A stretch of DNA of 41,917 nt, taken from sequence record SRR22947725_1091. The stretch is one strand, 5' to 3'. Shown in pieces: positions 26,327-38,033 of the stretch. A model generated the notes under the pieces. The model was not told the DNA's origin. It did not search any database and saw only the letters and a list, made by a program, of their open reading frames with translations. The translations under genes were made by a program, and so were the position numbers. How positions within the stretch are numbered: the stretch's first letter is position 1; the number at the start of each line of letters is the position of its first letter.

Positions 26327-28045
26327 TCAGGGCTCGGTTTTCAAATTAGCGACAAGGCGTTGTACAACGGTTTCTATTGGCCAAGCCTCGGTTGCGCCCG
26401 TTGCCCGATCTGTGTATTCAACTGCGCCGTCGGCTAAGGCTCTATCGCCAATGACGATTCTGTGCGGAAACCCCAAAAGTTCTGCGTCGGCAAACTTTGC
26501 GCCGGGTCGCAATTGGTCTCGATCATCCAAGAGCACTTCAATACCGGCCGCACTCAGTTGGGTGTAGAGCGCGTCCGCGGTGGTTTGGACTGCCTCAGAC
26601 TTGTGGGCATTGATGGGAATGAGAACGACTTCGTAGGGTGCAATGCTCGCTGGCCAGATAATCCCCTTGTCATCATGATTTTGCTCAATTGCCGCGCCAA
26701 CAAGGCGTGACACACCAATGCCATAACAGCCCATCAGCATGGTGAGGGACTTGCCTTCAGCATCCAGGACAGTGGCTTTCATGGGGGCGCTGTATTTATT
26801 GCCCAGTTGAAAGATGTGACCCACCTCGATGCCTCGGCGGATCTCGATTGTACCGTCATCGTTCGGTGCCGGGTCTCCAATTTCTATATTTCGTAGATCG
26901 GCAACACTGCCAAGGGCAGCATCTCGGATCCAATTCACGTTGGCCAAATGCAGGTGGTCTTGATTCGCGCCACACGTGAAGTTCTTAATGACACTTGCTG
27001 CCCGGTCAACAATGACTGGGCACTTGAGTCCAATAGGGCCAATGGAGCCCGGTTTGCAGCCCAGTTCGGAGGCAATATCGTCTTCACTCGCAAAGGTCAT
27101 TGGCGCGTCAATAAGCCCTGTTTTTACGGCTTTCAATGGGTTGAGCGTATGATCGCCACGGAGAATGAGCGCAACCAGGGGCGTGTCTTTACCGCGCACA
27201 ATGAGGGTTTTAACGGTCTTGGTAATATCGACGTTGAGAAAAGAGACGACGTCTGCAATGGTTTTTTGGTCCGGAGTCGGCGCCTCGTGCATTGGCTGCA
27301 AGGGTTCGTCTTGCTCGGCGGGCATAAGGGCTTCAGCCAGCTCAACATTTGCCGCATAGTTGCCCTTGGCGCCAAATGCGATGAGATCTTCGCCACTGTC
27401 CGCTAAAACATGAAATTCTGTTGAGGCCGATCCGCCTATGCTACCGCTGTCGGCATCGACTGCACGGAAGTCGAGGGTCAAACGGTTTAAAATGCGTTCA
27501 TAGGTTGCATGCATGACGTCGAAGGTGTCTTGAAGGCAGGCACTGGAGACATGGAACGAGTAAGCATCTTTCATAATGAATTCGCGGGCCCTAAGCACCC
27601 CAAACCTGGGCCGCGTTTCATCTCTGAACTTGGTTTGGATTTGGTAGTAATTAACCGGAAGTTGTTTATGACTGCGTAACTCAGCACGCGCAATATCGGT
27701 AATGACCTCTTCGTGAGTGGGGCCAAGACAAAAATCACGATCATGTCGGTCCTTAAATTTGAGTAACAAGCCCTCGTCATACAGTTTCCAACGCCCGGAT
27801 TCTTCCCAAAGCTCACCGGGTTGCGTGACCGGCATCAATAATTCCTGAGCGCCGGATCGATCCATTTCTTCCCGTACAATGTTTTCTACTTTACGAAGCA
27901 CCCGAAGACCGAGCGGCATCCAAGAGTAAATGCCTGACGCCAGTTTTCGGATGAAGCCGCCTTTTATAAGAAGTTGGTGGGAAATAATTTCTGCGTCCGA
28001 GGGCATTTCTTTGAGCGTCGTAAGCGTAAATTGCGTGGCTTTCAT
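26327..28045 (-). CDS. proS: Proline--tRNA ligase
   Basis: [24 protein letters not shown] editing domain, GIEVGHIF and MGCYGIG. Likely start MKATQF at 28045. Confidence 0.97.
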   Translation of the reverse strand: MKATQFTLTTLKEMPSDAEIISHQLLIKGGFIRKLASGIYSWMPLGLRVLRKVENIVREEMDRSGAQELLMPVTQPGELWEESGRWKLYDEGLLLKFKDRHDRDFCLGPTHEEVITDIARAELRSHKQLPVNYYQIQTKFRDETRPRFGVLRAREFIMKDAYSFHVSSACLQDTFDVMHATYERILNRLTLDFRAVDADSGSIGGSASTEFHVLADSGEDLIAFGAKGNYAANVELAEALMPAEQDEPLQPMHEAPTPDQKTIADVVSFLNVDITKTVKTLIVRGKDTPLVALILRGDHTLNPLKAVKTGLIDAPMTFASEDDIASELGCKPGSIGPIGLKCPVIVDRAASVIKNFTCGANQDHLHLANVNWIRDAALGSVADLRNIEIGDPAPNDDGTIEIRRGIEVGHIFQLGNKYSAPMKATVLDAEGKSLTMLMGCYGIGVSRLVGAAIEQNHDDKGIIWPASIAPYEVVLIPINAHKSEAVQTTADALYTQLSAAGIEVLLDDRDQLRPGAKFADAELLGFPHRIVIGDRALADGAVEYTDRATGATEAWPIETVVQRLVANLKTEP

Positions 28046-28441
28046 GGCCTTTGAGTTCCTTGCTGGTTTGAGACCGACGCGCATCTGTTCGTTTGAACTA
28101 TTTCAGAACACGATTTGGCGGTCTTTTCTTGCGATTGGGGGGCAGTTTATGCCAGATCCAAACAAGTGTGGAGGCGTTTCTTTGATTGGACGGTCTCCAG
28201 GGCAAGGCCTTGTCTGCCGGGTCTTCAGATAAGGATCGCACGAGCGCCGGTTGGATCGCTTTGAAACAACTGAAGTCGATAAGCTTCGGCTTTTCAGATT
28301 CAAGATATTGAAAAAGGCGGGGCGTCTTTATGCTTTGAAGATTTGGTATAACGCGGGCTCAAAACCGATCGGTTTGATGTGCGTCTTTTGCCGAGCAGGG
28401 GTTTTTAGGGGCTTAAGGATCTTTTTGAGTCAGCATCGGAC

Positions 28442-28470
28442 AAAAAAAAGGCCGCAGGAGCGGCCTTTTT
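28442..28470. terminator. Intrinsic terminator downstream of the HU-like gene, potentially bidirectional
   Basis: A8-GGCCGC-AGGA-GCGGCC-T5. Confidence 0.88.
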
Positions 28471-28484
28471 CGAAAGCATTTCGA

Positions 28485-28820
28485 TTAAACGAAATCTTTC
28501 ATCCCTTTGAGTGGGAGGATCTTAACGGCTGTGCTAGCAGGCTTTGCTGCAACATCCATCGTTTCGCCTGGCTTGAAAGGATTGGGAACACCTTTCTTCG
28601 CTTTTCGGGCTGGCTTCTTAACCGTTTTGATTTTCATAAGGCCAGGAAGCGTGAACTCACCTGCGCCGCCTTTCTTGATGTGTCTCTCAATGAGGCTTGT
28701 CAGTTCGTCCAATACGGCGTTGACTTGCTTCTTGCTAAGCTCAGTGCTTCCGGCAACGGAATCAATGATGGCGCTTTTTGTGTACTTCGTTTTGATTGCA
28801 GTCGCTTTTTTTGCTGCCAT
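28485..28820 (-). CDS. HU-family DNA-binding protein
   Basis: TKSAII...TELSKKQV, FTLPGL.K and NPFKPGE...AAKPAS. Likely start MAAKK at 28820. Confidence 0.88.
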   Translation of the reverse strand: MAAKKATAIKTKYTKSAIIDSVAGSTELSKKQVNAVLDELTSLIERHIKKGGAGEFTLPGLMKIKTVKKPARKAKKGVPNPFKPGETMDVAAKPASTAVKILPLKGMKDFV

Positions 28821-29090
28821 GGAAACCATCCTTTTAATTGAATTTAATTGTTTGGGCCAAGCGTTCACGCGTGAACCGATATGACAAATCAAAAAATCAA
28901 GATCTGACCCCCTGATCGACCATGGAAGCTTTTATAACGGATGAAACCCTTCTGGGCAAGTGTTTTAAGTCGTTGGGTAATTGTTTTTTCCTATTTTTAT
29001 AGTTTGAGCGCTCGGTAGTGTTGTGTCGGGGCTGGTTTGGGTATAATTCGCGGCCCAGGAAGTGACCTGGGTCACGTTGGGAGTGCCTTG

Positions 29091-29378
29091 ATGCCAATCT
29101 ACGAATATCTGTGTAGCAATTGTCAATTTCGTCTGGAAAAGATTCAGAAATTTTCGGATAGCCCGCTTGTGGATTGTCCTGCTTGTGACAATCCAGGGTT
29201 AAAAAAACTGATTTCTGCCGCCGCTTTTCGATTGAAAGGGGGTGGCTGGTACGAAACGGATTTCAAAACTGGGGCGAAGAAAAACGTTTCAGCTTCGGGT
29301 GATTCACCCAGCGGTTCCTCAAGCGGTTCAGGCAGCTCTGACTCGTCCTCTGGGTCGTCATCCAGTTCGGCGGATTAG
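29091..29378 (+). CDS. FmdB-family zinc-ribbon protein with Ser-rich tail
   Basis: MPIYEYLCSNC...CPAC...FRLKGGGWYETDF; usual position upstream of aspS. Confidence 0.92.
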   Translation: MPIYEYLCSNCQFRLEKIQKFSDSPLVDCPACDNPGLKKLISAAAFRLKGGGWYETDFKTGAKKNVSASGDSPSGSSSGSGSSDSSSGSSSSSAD

Positions 29379-29458
29379 CGATTGGATTGCTACAATAACA
29401 AGACCCAAGCGCGACTTGTGCTTGAAGAGTTTAGATTAGAACGTATTGGGAAGAGATT

Positions 29459-31216
29459 ATGAGAAGTCATTATTGCGGCGATGTACGTTCTGATCACATC
29501 GATGAAACGATCAGCTTGTGCGGTTGGGTCCACCGACGGCGGGATCACGGCGGCGTGATTTTCCTCGATGTTCGGGATCATGCTGGCATTGTCCAAGTTG
29601 TGTTCGACCCAGATACCGTTGAGAGCTTTGCCTTGGCGGATCAGGTTCGGAACGAATTTGTTGTCGCAATTCAGGGCCGAGTTCGGGCCAGAGATGCAGC
29701 GGCGGTAAACCCAAAAATGAGCACCGGCGAGATTGAGGTTTTGGGTCAAACGTTAACGATTCTCAATCGAAGTAAAACGCCGCCGTTTCAATTGGATGAG
29801 TATTCCGAGGCCGGCGAAGATGTGCGGTTGCGGTACCGGTATATCGATCTTAGACGGCCCGACATGCAGTACCGCATGCGGTTACGGTCAGCGGCGACGC
29901 ATTTTGTCCGAAATTATCTCAACGACCAACGCTTCGTCGATCTCGAAACGCCCATTTTGACGAAAGCAACGCCAGAAGGCGCTCGGGATTACCTAGTGCC
30001 ATCACGGGTTCATCCAGGCAGCTTTTATGCGTTGCCACAATCGCCCCAAATCTTTAAACAGTTGCTGATGGTGTCGGGGTTTGATCGTTATTATCAGATT
30101 GCGCGATGCTTTCGGGATGAGGATTTGAGGGCCGATCGGCAACCAGAGTTTACGCAAATCGATATTGAGGCTGCGTTTGTTTCCGAGCAAGACATTATGG
30201 ATCTTGCTGAGAAAATGGTGACGGGCCTGTTTGAAGCATTAATTCAGGTGACGTTACCAACGTTCCCAATATTAACTTACAAGGAGTCAATTCGTCGGTT
30301 TGGGAGTGATCGACCTGATCTTCGTTTTGGTTTGGAAATTGTTGATATTGAGGATTTAATGGCCGATGTTGAATTCAAGGTCTTCAGTGGTCCGGCCAAT
30401 GATCCAGGCAGTCGAGTCGCTGCGCTAAAATTACCCCGGGGCGATCGCTTAAGCCGAAAGAATATCGATGACCTGACCAAGTTCGTGGCAATTTATGGTG
30501 CCAAAGGGCTGGCTTATATCAAGGTCAATGATCGGGCTGCAGGTTTGGCGGGTTTGCAATCCCCGATCTTAAAGTTTTTACCCGAGGGGGTGGTTCATCA
30601 GGTATTGGATCGACTCGATGCCGAAGACAACGATCTGATTTTTTTCGGCGCAGACAAAGCCTCTGTCGTCAATGATGCTTTGGGTGCCCTGCGGTGCCGA
30701 TTGGCGGAAGATCTCAATCTGTATGAGAAAGCGTGGGCCGCCTGTTGGGTGATTGATTTCCCAATGTTCGAGCAAACTGACTCAAAGGCCTGGACCGCGG
30801 TTCATCATCCTTTTACTCACCCGACAGGTTCTGTCGAGGAAATGTTGGCGGACCCCGGCGCTGTTGGGTCACGAGCCTATGATATGGTGATCAACGGTTA
30901 CGAGGTCGGTGGCGGGTCGATCCGGGTTCATGACCCCGATCGTCAGCGTGCGATTTTTAATGTTTTGGCGCTGTCAGATGAAGAAGCACAGTCGAAATTT
31001 GGTTTTTTGCTTGAAGCGCTTGAATTAGGGGCCCCGCCCCATGGCGGCATTGCCTTTGGGCTGGATCGGTTGGTGATGCTGTTGTCTGGTACCAAGGCGA
31101 TTAGGGACGTTATTGCGTTTCCCAAAACGCAAACGGCGACCTGTTTGCTAACGGCCGCACCGGGTCAGGTGGAAGACAAGCAGCTACGTGAACTGAGTAT
31201 CAAAACAAACCTTTGA
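29459..31216 (+). CDS. aspS: Aspartate--tRNA ligase
   Basis: [39 protein letters not shown] and [12 protein letters not shown]. Confidence 0.98.
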   Translation: MRSHYCGDVRSDHIDETISLCGWVHRRRDHGGVIFLDVRDHAGIVQVVFDPDTVESFALADQVRNEFVVAIQGRVRARDAAAVNPKMSTGEIEVLGQTLTILNRSKTPPFQLDEYSEAGEDVRLRYRYIDLRRPDMQYRMRLRSAATHFVRNYLNDQRFVDLETPILTKATPEGARDYLVPSRVHPGSFYALPQSPQIFKQLLMVSGFDRYYQIARCFRDEDLRADRQPEFTQIDIEAAFVSEQDIMDLAEKMVTGLFEALIQVTLPTFPILTYKESIRRFGSDRPDLRFGLEIVDIEDLMADVEFKVFSGPANDPGSRVAALKLPRGDRLSRKNIDDLTKFVAIYGAKGLAYIKVNDRAAGLAGLQSPILKFLPEGVVHQVLDRLDAEDNDLIFFGADKASVVNDALGALRCRLAEDLNLYEKAWAACWVIDFPMFEQTDSKAWTAVHHPFTHPTGSVEEMLADPGAVGSRAYDMVINGYEVGGGSIRVHDPDRQRAIFNVLALSDEEAQSKFGFLLEALELGAPPHGGIAFGLDRLVMLLSGTKAIRDVIAFPKTQTATCLLTAAPGQVEDKQLRELSIKTNL

Positions 31217-31232
31217 TTCGGGTGGGGACGAC

Positions 31233-31973
31233 ATGGCAGGTCACAGCAAGTGGAGCAATATAAAGCACCGTAAAGCAGGTCAGGATGCGAAGAAGGCCAA
31301 GGTGTTTACGAAGCTCATCCGAGAGTTAACGGTTTCTGCCCGGGATGGCGGCGGCAGCGTTGAAGATAACCCGGGCTTGCGCAATTTGGTCGATAAGGCC
31401 AAAGCGGTGCAGATGCCGAAAGACACGATGGAGCGCGCGATTGTCCGAGGTGCCGGTGGTCAAGATGGCGCAGATCTGGCGTCGCTGGTTTATGAAGGTT
31501 ATGGCCCTGGCGGCGTGGCCGTGATGGTTGAAACCATGACGGATAACAAAAACCGAACGGTTGCTGAAGTCCGTCACGCGTTTAGTAAAGCCGGTGGCAA
31601 TCTTGGAACCGATGGGTCGGTCGCGTATTTGTTCGAAAAGAAAGGGCAGATTGTTTTTGCGGCAGCGGGCCTTGAAGAGGCCGTTTTAGAAGCCGCGATT
31701 GACGCCGGTGCTGAAGACGTCGATGTTGCAGACGACGGTACCGTTGAAGTCACAACGCCGCCTGAGGACTTCGCACGCGTCAAGGATGCGCTTGCGGTAG
31801 CAGGGTTTGAGGCGGAAGCGGCCGAGGTCGCCATGATTCCGCAAACCTACACTGATTTGGATGGCGAGCAGGCGGAAAAAGTATTGCGGTTGCTCGACCT
31901 GCTGGAAGATCTCGATGATGTGACCAACCTGTATACCAATGCCAATTTCCCAGATGAGGAGGTGTCTGCCTGA
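31233..31973 (+). CDS. yebC: YebC/PmpR-family protein
   Basis: [22 protein letters not shown] and TDNKNRT. Confidence 0.96.
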   Translation: MAGHSKWSNIKHRKAGQDAKKAKVFTKLIRELTVSARDGGGSVEDNPGLRNLVDKAKAVQMPKDTMERAIVRGAGGQDGADLASLVYEGYGPGGVAVMVETMTDNKNRTVAEVRHAFSKAGGNLGTDGSVAYLFEKKGQIVFAAAGLEEAVLEAAIDAGAEDVDVADDGTVEVTTPPEDFARVKDALAVAGFEAEAAEVAMIPQTYTDLDGEQAEKVLRLLDLLEDLDDVTNLYTNANFPDEEVSA

Positions 31974-32079
31974 TTTTCGGGTTAGGCATATAACCGCTAT
32001 TATTTCAGGTCGTTTGACTGGCTTATTAAGGCAAGCCATTGCCTATGCTAGACTTTAAGTCGGAAAACAGGATATCGCT

Positions 32080-32616
32080 ATGGCGGTGGTTTTAGGAATA
32101 GACCCCGGCTCTCGTGTTACGGGTTTTGGGGTGATCGATCATGCCGCGGCAACGACCGCTTATGTCACCAGTGGCTGTATTCGCGCCACCCTGTCGGAAA
32201 CAGCCGAGAACCGGTTAAACGAAATCTACTCCGGGTTAACGGAACTCATTGGCCAGTATCAACCAGACCACATTGCAATAGAGCGGATTTTTATGGCGCG
32301 CAGCGCAGAATCGGCCCTGAAGCTTGGGCAAGCCAGGGGGGTCGCGTTGCTGGCAGCTGCAAGGCACAGCATTCCAATATTTGAGTACGAGGCGAAGAAA
32401 GTAAAGCAAGCCGTGGTGGGTAGTGGTGCCGCCACGAAGGCGCAAGTTCAGCACATGGTTCAAGTTCTACTATCGCTTGCGGGGATGCCGCAAGAAGATG
32501 CGGCTGACGCCCTGGCGATTGCGCTCTGTCACACGCAAACGATGGGTAACTTACATCGGCTCGGGGCGAGAAAGGGCCGTTTTCGTAAAGGTCGATTGGT
32601 GGAGCCGGACACATGA
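32080..32616 (+). CDS. ruvC: Holliday junction resolvase
   Basis: LGIDPG, LKLGQARG and DAADALAIA. Confidence 0.97.
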   Translation: MAVVLGIDPGSRVTGFGVIDHAAATTAYVTSGCIRATLSETAENRLNEIYSGLTELIGQYQPDHIAIERIFMARSAESALKLGQARGVALLAAARHSIPIFEYEAKKVKQAVVGSGAATKAQVQHMVQVLLSLAGMPQEDAADALAIALCHTQTMGNLHRLGARKGRFRKGRLVEPDT

Positions 32617-33200
32617 TTTCTCAAATAAAAGGTTGGTTACTTGAAATCCAAGACCAACAATTGGTGTTGGATGTGGGCGGAATCGGATATGAAGTCGAGG
32701 TGCCGCTGGCCACGGCTTTGACGCTCCATAACCGCAAAGAACTCGTCCAGCTTTTTACCCACTTTGTTGTTCGGGAAGAGTCCCACACGCTTTTTGGGTT
32801 TCTCAACAGATCCGATCGAGATCTGTTTCGAGCATTGATTAAAGTGAATAAAGTTGGGCCTAGGTTGGCGCTGTCTATTTTGTCTGCGCTGGATGCAAAA
32901 GGCTTTGCGCGATTGATCCAATTAAATGATATCAAGACGCTCAATGGCATTCCTGGCGTTGGACGGGTCATGGCAGAACGCTTGATTATGGAAATGCGCG
33001 ATAAAGTGGAAGAATGGCAGGATGCGGGTGGGGCTCAGCCTTTGGCTGCAGGCACTCGCTCTCAAACGGATGACGCTGAAGCTGCGTTGATTGGGCTTGG
33101 CTATAAGCCGCAGGAAGTGACAAGAGTGCTGGCTCAAATTCAAGATCCAGCCGATAATATCGAAGGCCTGATTCGGCAAGCGTTGAAACTATTGGGATGA
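32613..33200 (+). CDS. ruvA: Holliday junction branch migration protein
   Basis: VGGIGYE, HFVVREE, VGPRLAL and IPGVG. Confidence 0.97.
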   Translation: MISQIKGWLLEIQDQQLVLDVGGIGYEVEVPLATALTLHNRKELVQLFTHFVVREESHTLFGFLNRSDRDLFRALIKVNKVGPRLALSILSALDAKGFARLIQLNDIKTLNGIPGVGRVMAERLIMEMRDKVEEWQDAGGAQPLAAGTRSQTDDAEAALIGLGYKPQEVTRVLAQIQDPADNIEGLIRQALKLLG

Positions 33201-33210
33201 AGACCGAACT

Positions 33211-34263
33211 ATGATCGAAACCGATCGATTAATTGCGCCCCAGGCCGTGGCCCGGGAGCCTCAGCAGGATTGGGCTATTCGACCCAAAACGCTGCGAGAG
33301 TATGTTGGCCAGCCCGCTGTCAGCGAGCAAATGGGGTTGTTCATTGAGGCGGCGAAACAGCGCAAAGAACCGTTAGATCATACGCTGATATTTGGTCCGC
33401 CGGGTCTGGGGAAAACGACCTTAGCCAATATCATTGCCAGTGAGATGGGCGTTGCAATTAAGTCAACGGCGGGCCCAGTGATTGAGAAAAAAGGCGATTT
33501 AGTTGCGGCCCTTACGAACCTGGAAGCAGGTGACGTCCTCTTTATTGATGAAATCCACCGGTTGAGTCCAGCGGTTGAAGAGGTGCTCTACCCGGCAATG
33601 GAAGACTACCAGATTGACCTGACGATCGGCGAAGGTCCCTCGGCCCGATCCATCAAATTAGACCTGCCAAGATTTACCCTAGTGGGTGCAACAACTCGGA
33701 CAGGTCTTTTAACCTCTCCTTTACGAGACCGGTTCGGCATTGTACAACGGCTTGAGTTTTATCAAGTCAATGACCTGACGCAAATTTTGATGCGCTCGGC
33801 GCGTCTCTTAGAGGTTCCTTGTGATGAAGCCGGCGCCCGAGAGATTGCTGTTCGCTCACGGGGAACGCCAAGAATTGCCAATCGGTTGTTGCGCCGGGTC
33901 CGAGATTTTGCCGAGGTGCGCGGAGACGGCGTGATTCGCAAAGACAGTGCTGATGAGGCGCTGAATCTGCTCAAGGTCGATGCCTCAGGATTCGATGCAA
34001 TGGACCGACGATTGATGATGGCAATGATTGAGAAGTTTGAAGGTGGACCCGTCGGAATCGACAGCATGGCCGCGGCGATCGGTGAAGAGCGCGATACCAT
34101 CGAAGATGTTTATGAACCGTACTTGATTCAACAAGGTTTTATCATGCGGACGCCGAGAGGCCGGGTTGCAACCAATCGCGCCTATTTACATTTTGGCCTG
34201 CAGCCGAAATCTGCCGCGGATTCAGGCGTGGATTCAGGCGCGGGTCAGGCATTGTCGGATTAG
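33211..34263 (+). CDS. ruvB: Holliday junction branch migration helicase
   Basis: [23 protein letters not shown] and [11 protein letters not shown]. Confidence 0.98.
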   Translation: MIETDRLIAPQAVAREPQQDWAIRPKTLREYVGQPAVSEQMGLFIEAAKQRKEPLDHTLIFGPPGLGKTTLANIIASEMGVAIKSTAGPVIEKKGDLVAALTNLEAGDVLFIDEIHRLSPAVEEVLYPAMEDYQIDLTIGEGPSARSIKLDLPRFTLVGATTRTGLLTSPLRDRFGIVQRLEFYQVNDLTQILMRSARLLEVPCDEAGAREIAVRSRGTPRIANRLLRRVRDFAEVRGDGVIRKDSADEALNLLKVDASGFDAMDRRLMMAMIEKFEGGPVGIDSMAAAIGEERDTIEDVYEPYLIQQGFIMRTPRGRVATNRAYLHFGLQPKSAADSGVDSGAGQALSD

Positions 34264-34367
34264 GAGGGGTCCTGCGACCGAAAAGGGTCGGTATTTAGGG
34301 ACGTGGCATAAATCAAAGCATCTGATGCTGGATCAGATCGGCATGTGCGTAAATTAAGGACATCCCA

Positions 34368-35045
34368 ATGAATGAGCCCATATCGATTTTAGAGTTGGTT
34401 TTAAATGCATCGATTGTCGTGCAGTTGGTGATGGCGATCTTAGTGATGGCGTCACTGGTTTCGTGGGTTTTGATTTTTCAACGTGCGTTTTTGCTATCTT
34501 CCGTTAAGCGTCTTGCAACGAACTTCGAAAATGAGTTTTGGTCTGGTCAAGACCTAAGAGCCATATTCCTTGAAATTGAAAACTCGGAGACCGAAATCAT
34601 CGGTATTGAGCATTTGTTTCAGGCAGGATTCAAAGAGTTTACGCGATCCAAACAACAATATGGCAATCAAGCTGAACGCATTATGCAAAACGTGCAGCGT
34701 GCGATGCGGGTGGCGCTCGCAAGAGAAGAAGAACGCTTAGAAGGTGCGCTGGCCTTTTTGGCAACGGTTGGTTCGACGAGTCCGTATATTGGTCTTTTTG
34801 GTACGGTCTGGGGCATTATGAATTCGTTCCGCGGGCTTGCCATGTCGAATCAAGCGAGCCTGTCCGTGGTCGCGCCTGGAATATCTGAAGCGCTCATTGC
34901 AACAGCGATTGGTTTATTTGCGGCCATTCCAGCAGTCATTGCCTACAACCGATATTCCGCGCAGGTGGAGGTGATGATGAATCGATTTGAAACCTTTTCT
35001 GATGAGTTTAGTGCCATCCTCAATCGCTCTATTGCGGATTCTTAA
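34368..35045 (+). CDS. tolQ: Tol-Pal system protein TolQ
   Basis: FENEFWSG, SPYIGLFGTVWGIM and VAPGISEALIATAIGLFAAIPA. Confidence 0.96.
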   Translation: MNEPISILELVLNASIVVQLVMAILVMASLVSWVLIFQRAFLLSSVKRLATNFENEFWSGQDLRAIFLEIENSETEIIGIEHLFQAGFKEFTRSKQQYGNQAERIMQNVQRAMRVALAREEERLEGALAFLATVGSTSPYIGLFGTVWGIMNSFRGLAMSNQASLSVVAPGISEALIATAIGLFAAIPAVIAYNRYSAQVEVMMNRFETFSDEFSAILNRSIADS

Positions 35046-35047
35046 CC

Positions 35048-35473
35048 ATGGCTAAAACTTCCCGCCGTCGTCCGATGTCCGAGATCAATGTGGTCCCCTA
35101 TATTGATGTGATGTTGGTCCTGTTGGTCATCTTTATGGTGACCGCACCTTTGATGACCCAAGGTATAAAGGTCGTCTTGCCCGAGGCCAATAGTGAGGCC
35201 ATTGCAATTGACGATCCGAATCAAATGCTGGTGATTAGTATTAATGATCAAGGGCAGTATTTTATGGATATGGGTGGCGACGATGCAGCGGTCATTGAGC
35301 TTGCTTTGGTTGCCGAGCGGGTCTCTAAAATCACGCGTGCAAACCCAGGTCTAAAAGTCTTGGTTGAAGGGGATGCAACAATTGCCTATGGACGTGTCAT
35401 TGACTTGATGGATCGATTACAGCGGGTGGGCGTGCAAGATGTTGGGCTGATCACGCAACCGCCCAGCGGTTGA
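35048..35473 (+). CDS. tolR: Tol-Pal system protein TolR
   Basis: SEINVVPYIDVMLVLLVIFMVTAP. Confidence 0.96.
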   Translation: MAKTSRRRPMSEINVVPYIDVMLVLLVIFMVTAPLMTQGIKVVLPEANSEAIAIDDPNQMLVISINDQGQYFMDMGGDDAAVIELALVAERVSKITRANPGLKVLVEGDATIAYGRVIDLMDRLQRVGVQDVGLITQPPSG

Positions 35474-35483
35474 TTTCAGACCG

Positions 35484-36194
35484 ATGCTGAAGCAATTTTT
35501 AGCCCCGTTATTGCTCGCTGTTGGCTTTCATGCCTTGATTATTGGTTTGTTTTTAATTGAGTGGCCAGACGATGAGGTCCTTCGGGTAGCCGAGGCGCCT
35601 TTGTACATCTCAGCGGCATTGGTTATGCCGGATGCGCCTGAAAAAAAGGTTGGCCAACAAAAGACACCAAAACCAGTGACGTCAAAACCGGTTGTTGCGC
35701 CGCCTAAAATAAAACCTAAGCCGAAAGCAGACCAAGAAAAAAAGGTGGTTAAGCCGGTTGTGCCGATTTTAGTTGAGCCGGCGCCGCTGCCTGCGCCAGT
35801 CGACTCGGTCAAGCGTGAATCCTTGGCGCAGGATGAAGCGATGGCTGCGCTGATGGCCGCTGTTACTGAGGAGATTGGGCGCCAAGCAGTGACCAACGAC
35901 GAGCAAATTTTGGCGTATATTGGTCAGGTTCAGCGGGATATTGTCAGTCGCTGGTCTCGGCCGCCGAGTGCGCGCAATGGCATGCAGGCGGTCTTGCGGG
36001 TTCGATTGGTCCCAACCGGTGAGGTCGTTGATGTCGGCGTAGAGCAAAGCAGTGGTAATGAGGCATTTGATCGGTCTGCGCTGCTGGCCGTTGAGCGTTC
36101 AGCACGATTCCAGGTGCCCTCAGACCCGAATCTCTTTGAAAAAAACTTCAGGTCGTTTACCGTCCTGTTTCGTCCCGAGGATTTATTGTTGTGA
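35484..36194 (+). CDS. tolA: Tol-Pal system protein TolA (short, Pro/Lys-rich linker)
   Basis: N-terminal transmembrane segment with His, C-terminal WSRPPSARNGM and SSGNEAFDRSA; lies between tolR and tolB. Confidence 0.88.
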   Translation: MLKQFLAPLLLAVGFHALIIGLFLIEWPDDEVLRVAEAPLYISAALVMPDAPEKKVGQQKTPKPVTSKPVVAPPKIKPKPKADQEKKVVKPVVPILVEPAPLPAPVDSVKRESLAQDEAMAALMAAVTEEIGRQAVTNDEQILAYIGQVQRDIVSRWSRPPSARNGMQAVLRVRLVPTGEVVDVGVEQSSGNEAFDRSALLAVERSARFQVPSDPNLFEKNFRSFTVLFRPEDLLL

Positions 36195-37543
36195 AATTAC
36201 TGAGCGTTGTGGGTTGGGTTATGGGGTTGATGCTGGCGCTGCCAGCAGGTGCTGAATTGCAGATTGAGGTCACTCAAGGTGCAGATGATGCGGTGAATAT
36301 TGCGGTGGTGCCCTTTGGCTGGCTTGGCCGAGGTGAACTGCCTGAAGAGTTACATCAGGTGATTGCCTCAGATTTACAGCTGAGCGGTCGATTTCAAGCG
36401 CTTCCAGTAAATCAAATGTTGTCATTGCCCAGTGTGTCCAGCGACGTCTATGTCCGCGACTGGGAACTGTTGAATACGGAATATTTGGTGTTAGGTCAGA
36501 TCGAAGAATCTGGTGCAGACCTCTCGTTGAGGTTTGAATTGTATGATGTTTTTAAGGGTGCCGTGGTTTTCCAGCAAACCATCATCGGTCGCGATCTAGA
36601 CCTAAGAGATATGGGGCATCATGTCAGCGATGCCGTGTACGAAGCGCTCACGGGCGTCCCGGGTGCTTTTTCAACCGAAATCTTGTACATCACGGTCGTA
36701 GAATCTGAAAACGGTCGGGTCTTTAGACTTAATGTTGCCGATGCGGATGGACATCGTGTCCGCACAGTATTGCAATCTCGTGAGCCAATACTCTCTGGAT
36801 CCTGGGCGCCAGATGGCGATCAAATTGCCTATGTCTCGTTCGAGCGTGATGCTCGGCCTGCAATTTACATTCATAACATCCGGACTCGAAAGCGTCAGCA
36901 AGTAACCAACTTCAAAGGCTTAAATAGTGCGCCGGCCTTTTCGCCAGATGGGACGAAACTTGCGATGGTCTTGTCAAAAGATGGTAATCCAGAAATTTAT
37001 GTCTTGGATCTGGCGTCCCAGCCAAGAAAGTTACGCCGGCTAACCCGACATTATGGCATTGACACCGAACCATCCTGGAGCGCCGACGGTGAGTCCATTA
37101 TTTTCACCTCCAATCGAGGTGGACAACCTCAGATCTATTCGATGCGCCTAGAGGACTTGGAGGTTGAGCGATTAACGTTTGAAGGCGATTACAACGCGCG
37201 GGCCGTCTTGGCCAATCGGGGTGATGGCCTGATCATGGTGCACCGCTTGCGGGGTGTTTTTCATATTGCGTATCTGGATTTAAATCGCGGATTCTTGCGC
37301 GTTTTAACCGAGACGTCACTGGATGAGTCGCCGACGATTGCACCGAACGATAGCCTTTTGATTTACGCAACGCAGGTTGATGGTCGGGGGATTTTAGCGG
37401 GTGTGTCGATCGATGGCGGTGTGCGATTTAATTTGCCGGCGACGGAAGGCGATGTTCGAGAGCCGGCTTGGTCGCCTCGCAAAAAGAAAATATTTAACCC
37501 GATTGTAGAAACCGACTTAAAATCGGCTGACAAAATGGAGTAA
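36191..37543 (+). CDS. tolB: Tol-Pal beta-propeller protein TolB
   Basis: Signal peptide, IAVVPF, DADG and PD40 repeats (PAFSPDG, PSWSADG, PAWSP). Confidence 0.97.
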   Translation: MKLLSVVGWVMGLMLALPAGAELQIEVTQGADDAVNIAVVPFGWLGRGELPEELHQVIASDLQLSGRFQALPVNQMLSLPSVSSDVYVRDWELLNTEYLVLGQIEESGADLSLRFELYDVFKGAVVFQQTIIGRDLDLRDMGHHVSDAVYEALTGVPGAFSTEILYITVVESENGRVFRLNVADADGHRVRTVLQSREPILSGSWAPDGDQIAYVSFERDARPAIYIHNIRTRKRQQVTNFKGLNSAPAFSPDGTKLAMVLSKDGNPEIYVLDLASQPRKLRRLTRHYGIDTEPSWSADGESIIFTSNRGGQPQIYSMRLEDLEVERLTFEGDYNARAVLANRGDGLIMVHRLRGVFHIAYLDLNRGFLRVLTETSLDESPTIAPNDSLLIYATQVDGRGILAGVSIDGGVRFNLPATEGDVREPAWSPRKKKIFNPIVETDLKSADKME

Positions 37544-38033
37544 ACTCCGCGGGCAGGTCAAAAAATTGGCTTAAATGATCAGTTTGGGCGCTTTTGTTGG
37601 CGGCAGGCCGCTTGAACCGGTCTCGTAGATGCGCTGACCGCACTTTAAAGACGATCAGCCTAGGGGGATGGGGTCAAGGCGTCGGACTCAAAGGCTCTTG
37701 TAGGTTGGCCAGGTTAAATCATGCCGTTGGACAAGAAGTCTTGTGTAACGGGTCCCTGCGCAGTGATAGAATGAGATGGTGGCGATTTAGGATTGTTGCA
37801 AAAAAGGCCTTAAGGCCAAAGGATGCGGCAGATTAGAGTGAATGGGTTATGGGGCTGCGCCTCTAGCCACAGCGAGCGGTTGAGGCGTCAATCGATTGCT
37901 AAACAGGTTGGAATGAACTGGGTTGAGGCGCTGTCTTCGTGAAAGTGAAATGCGGCACAGCCTCTCAAGAGCAAGAGTACGCGGCCTTCTAATAAAGTTT
38001 GGTAGGGTCGATCTTCAAAAACAGGAGTGGAAT

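Noticed and set aside
28046-28441. Long region upstream of proS as a T-box or attenuator
   Set aside because: No T-box motif (AGGGTGGNACCGCG), Pro-rich leader peptide or attenuator hairpin seen. T-boxes are not expected in Gammaproteobacteria.
28251-28841. 196-aa plus-strand ORF
   Set aside because: Antisense shadow of the HU-like gene that runs through its terminator.
29290-29375. Ser/Gly low-complexity stretch as a repeat element
   Set aside because: Ordinary disordered tail of FmdB-family proteins with no exact DNA periodicity.
34218-34250. 12-nt tandem duplication GGATTCAGGCG(T/C) at the ruvB 3' end
   Set aside because: Two copies plus a degenerate third in a variable C-terminal tail. 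It is in-frame slippage with no spacers, so not CRISPR-like.
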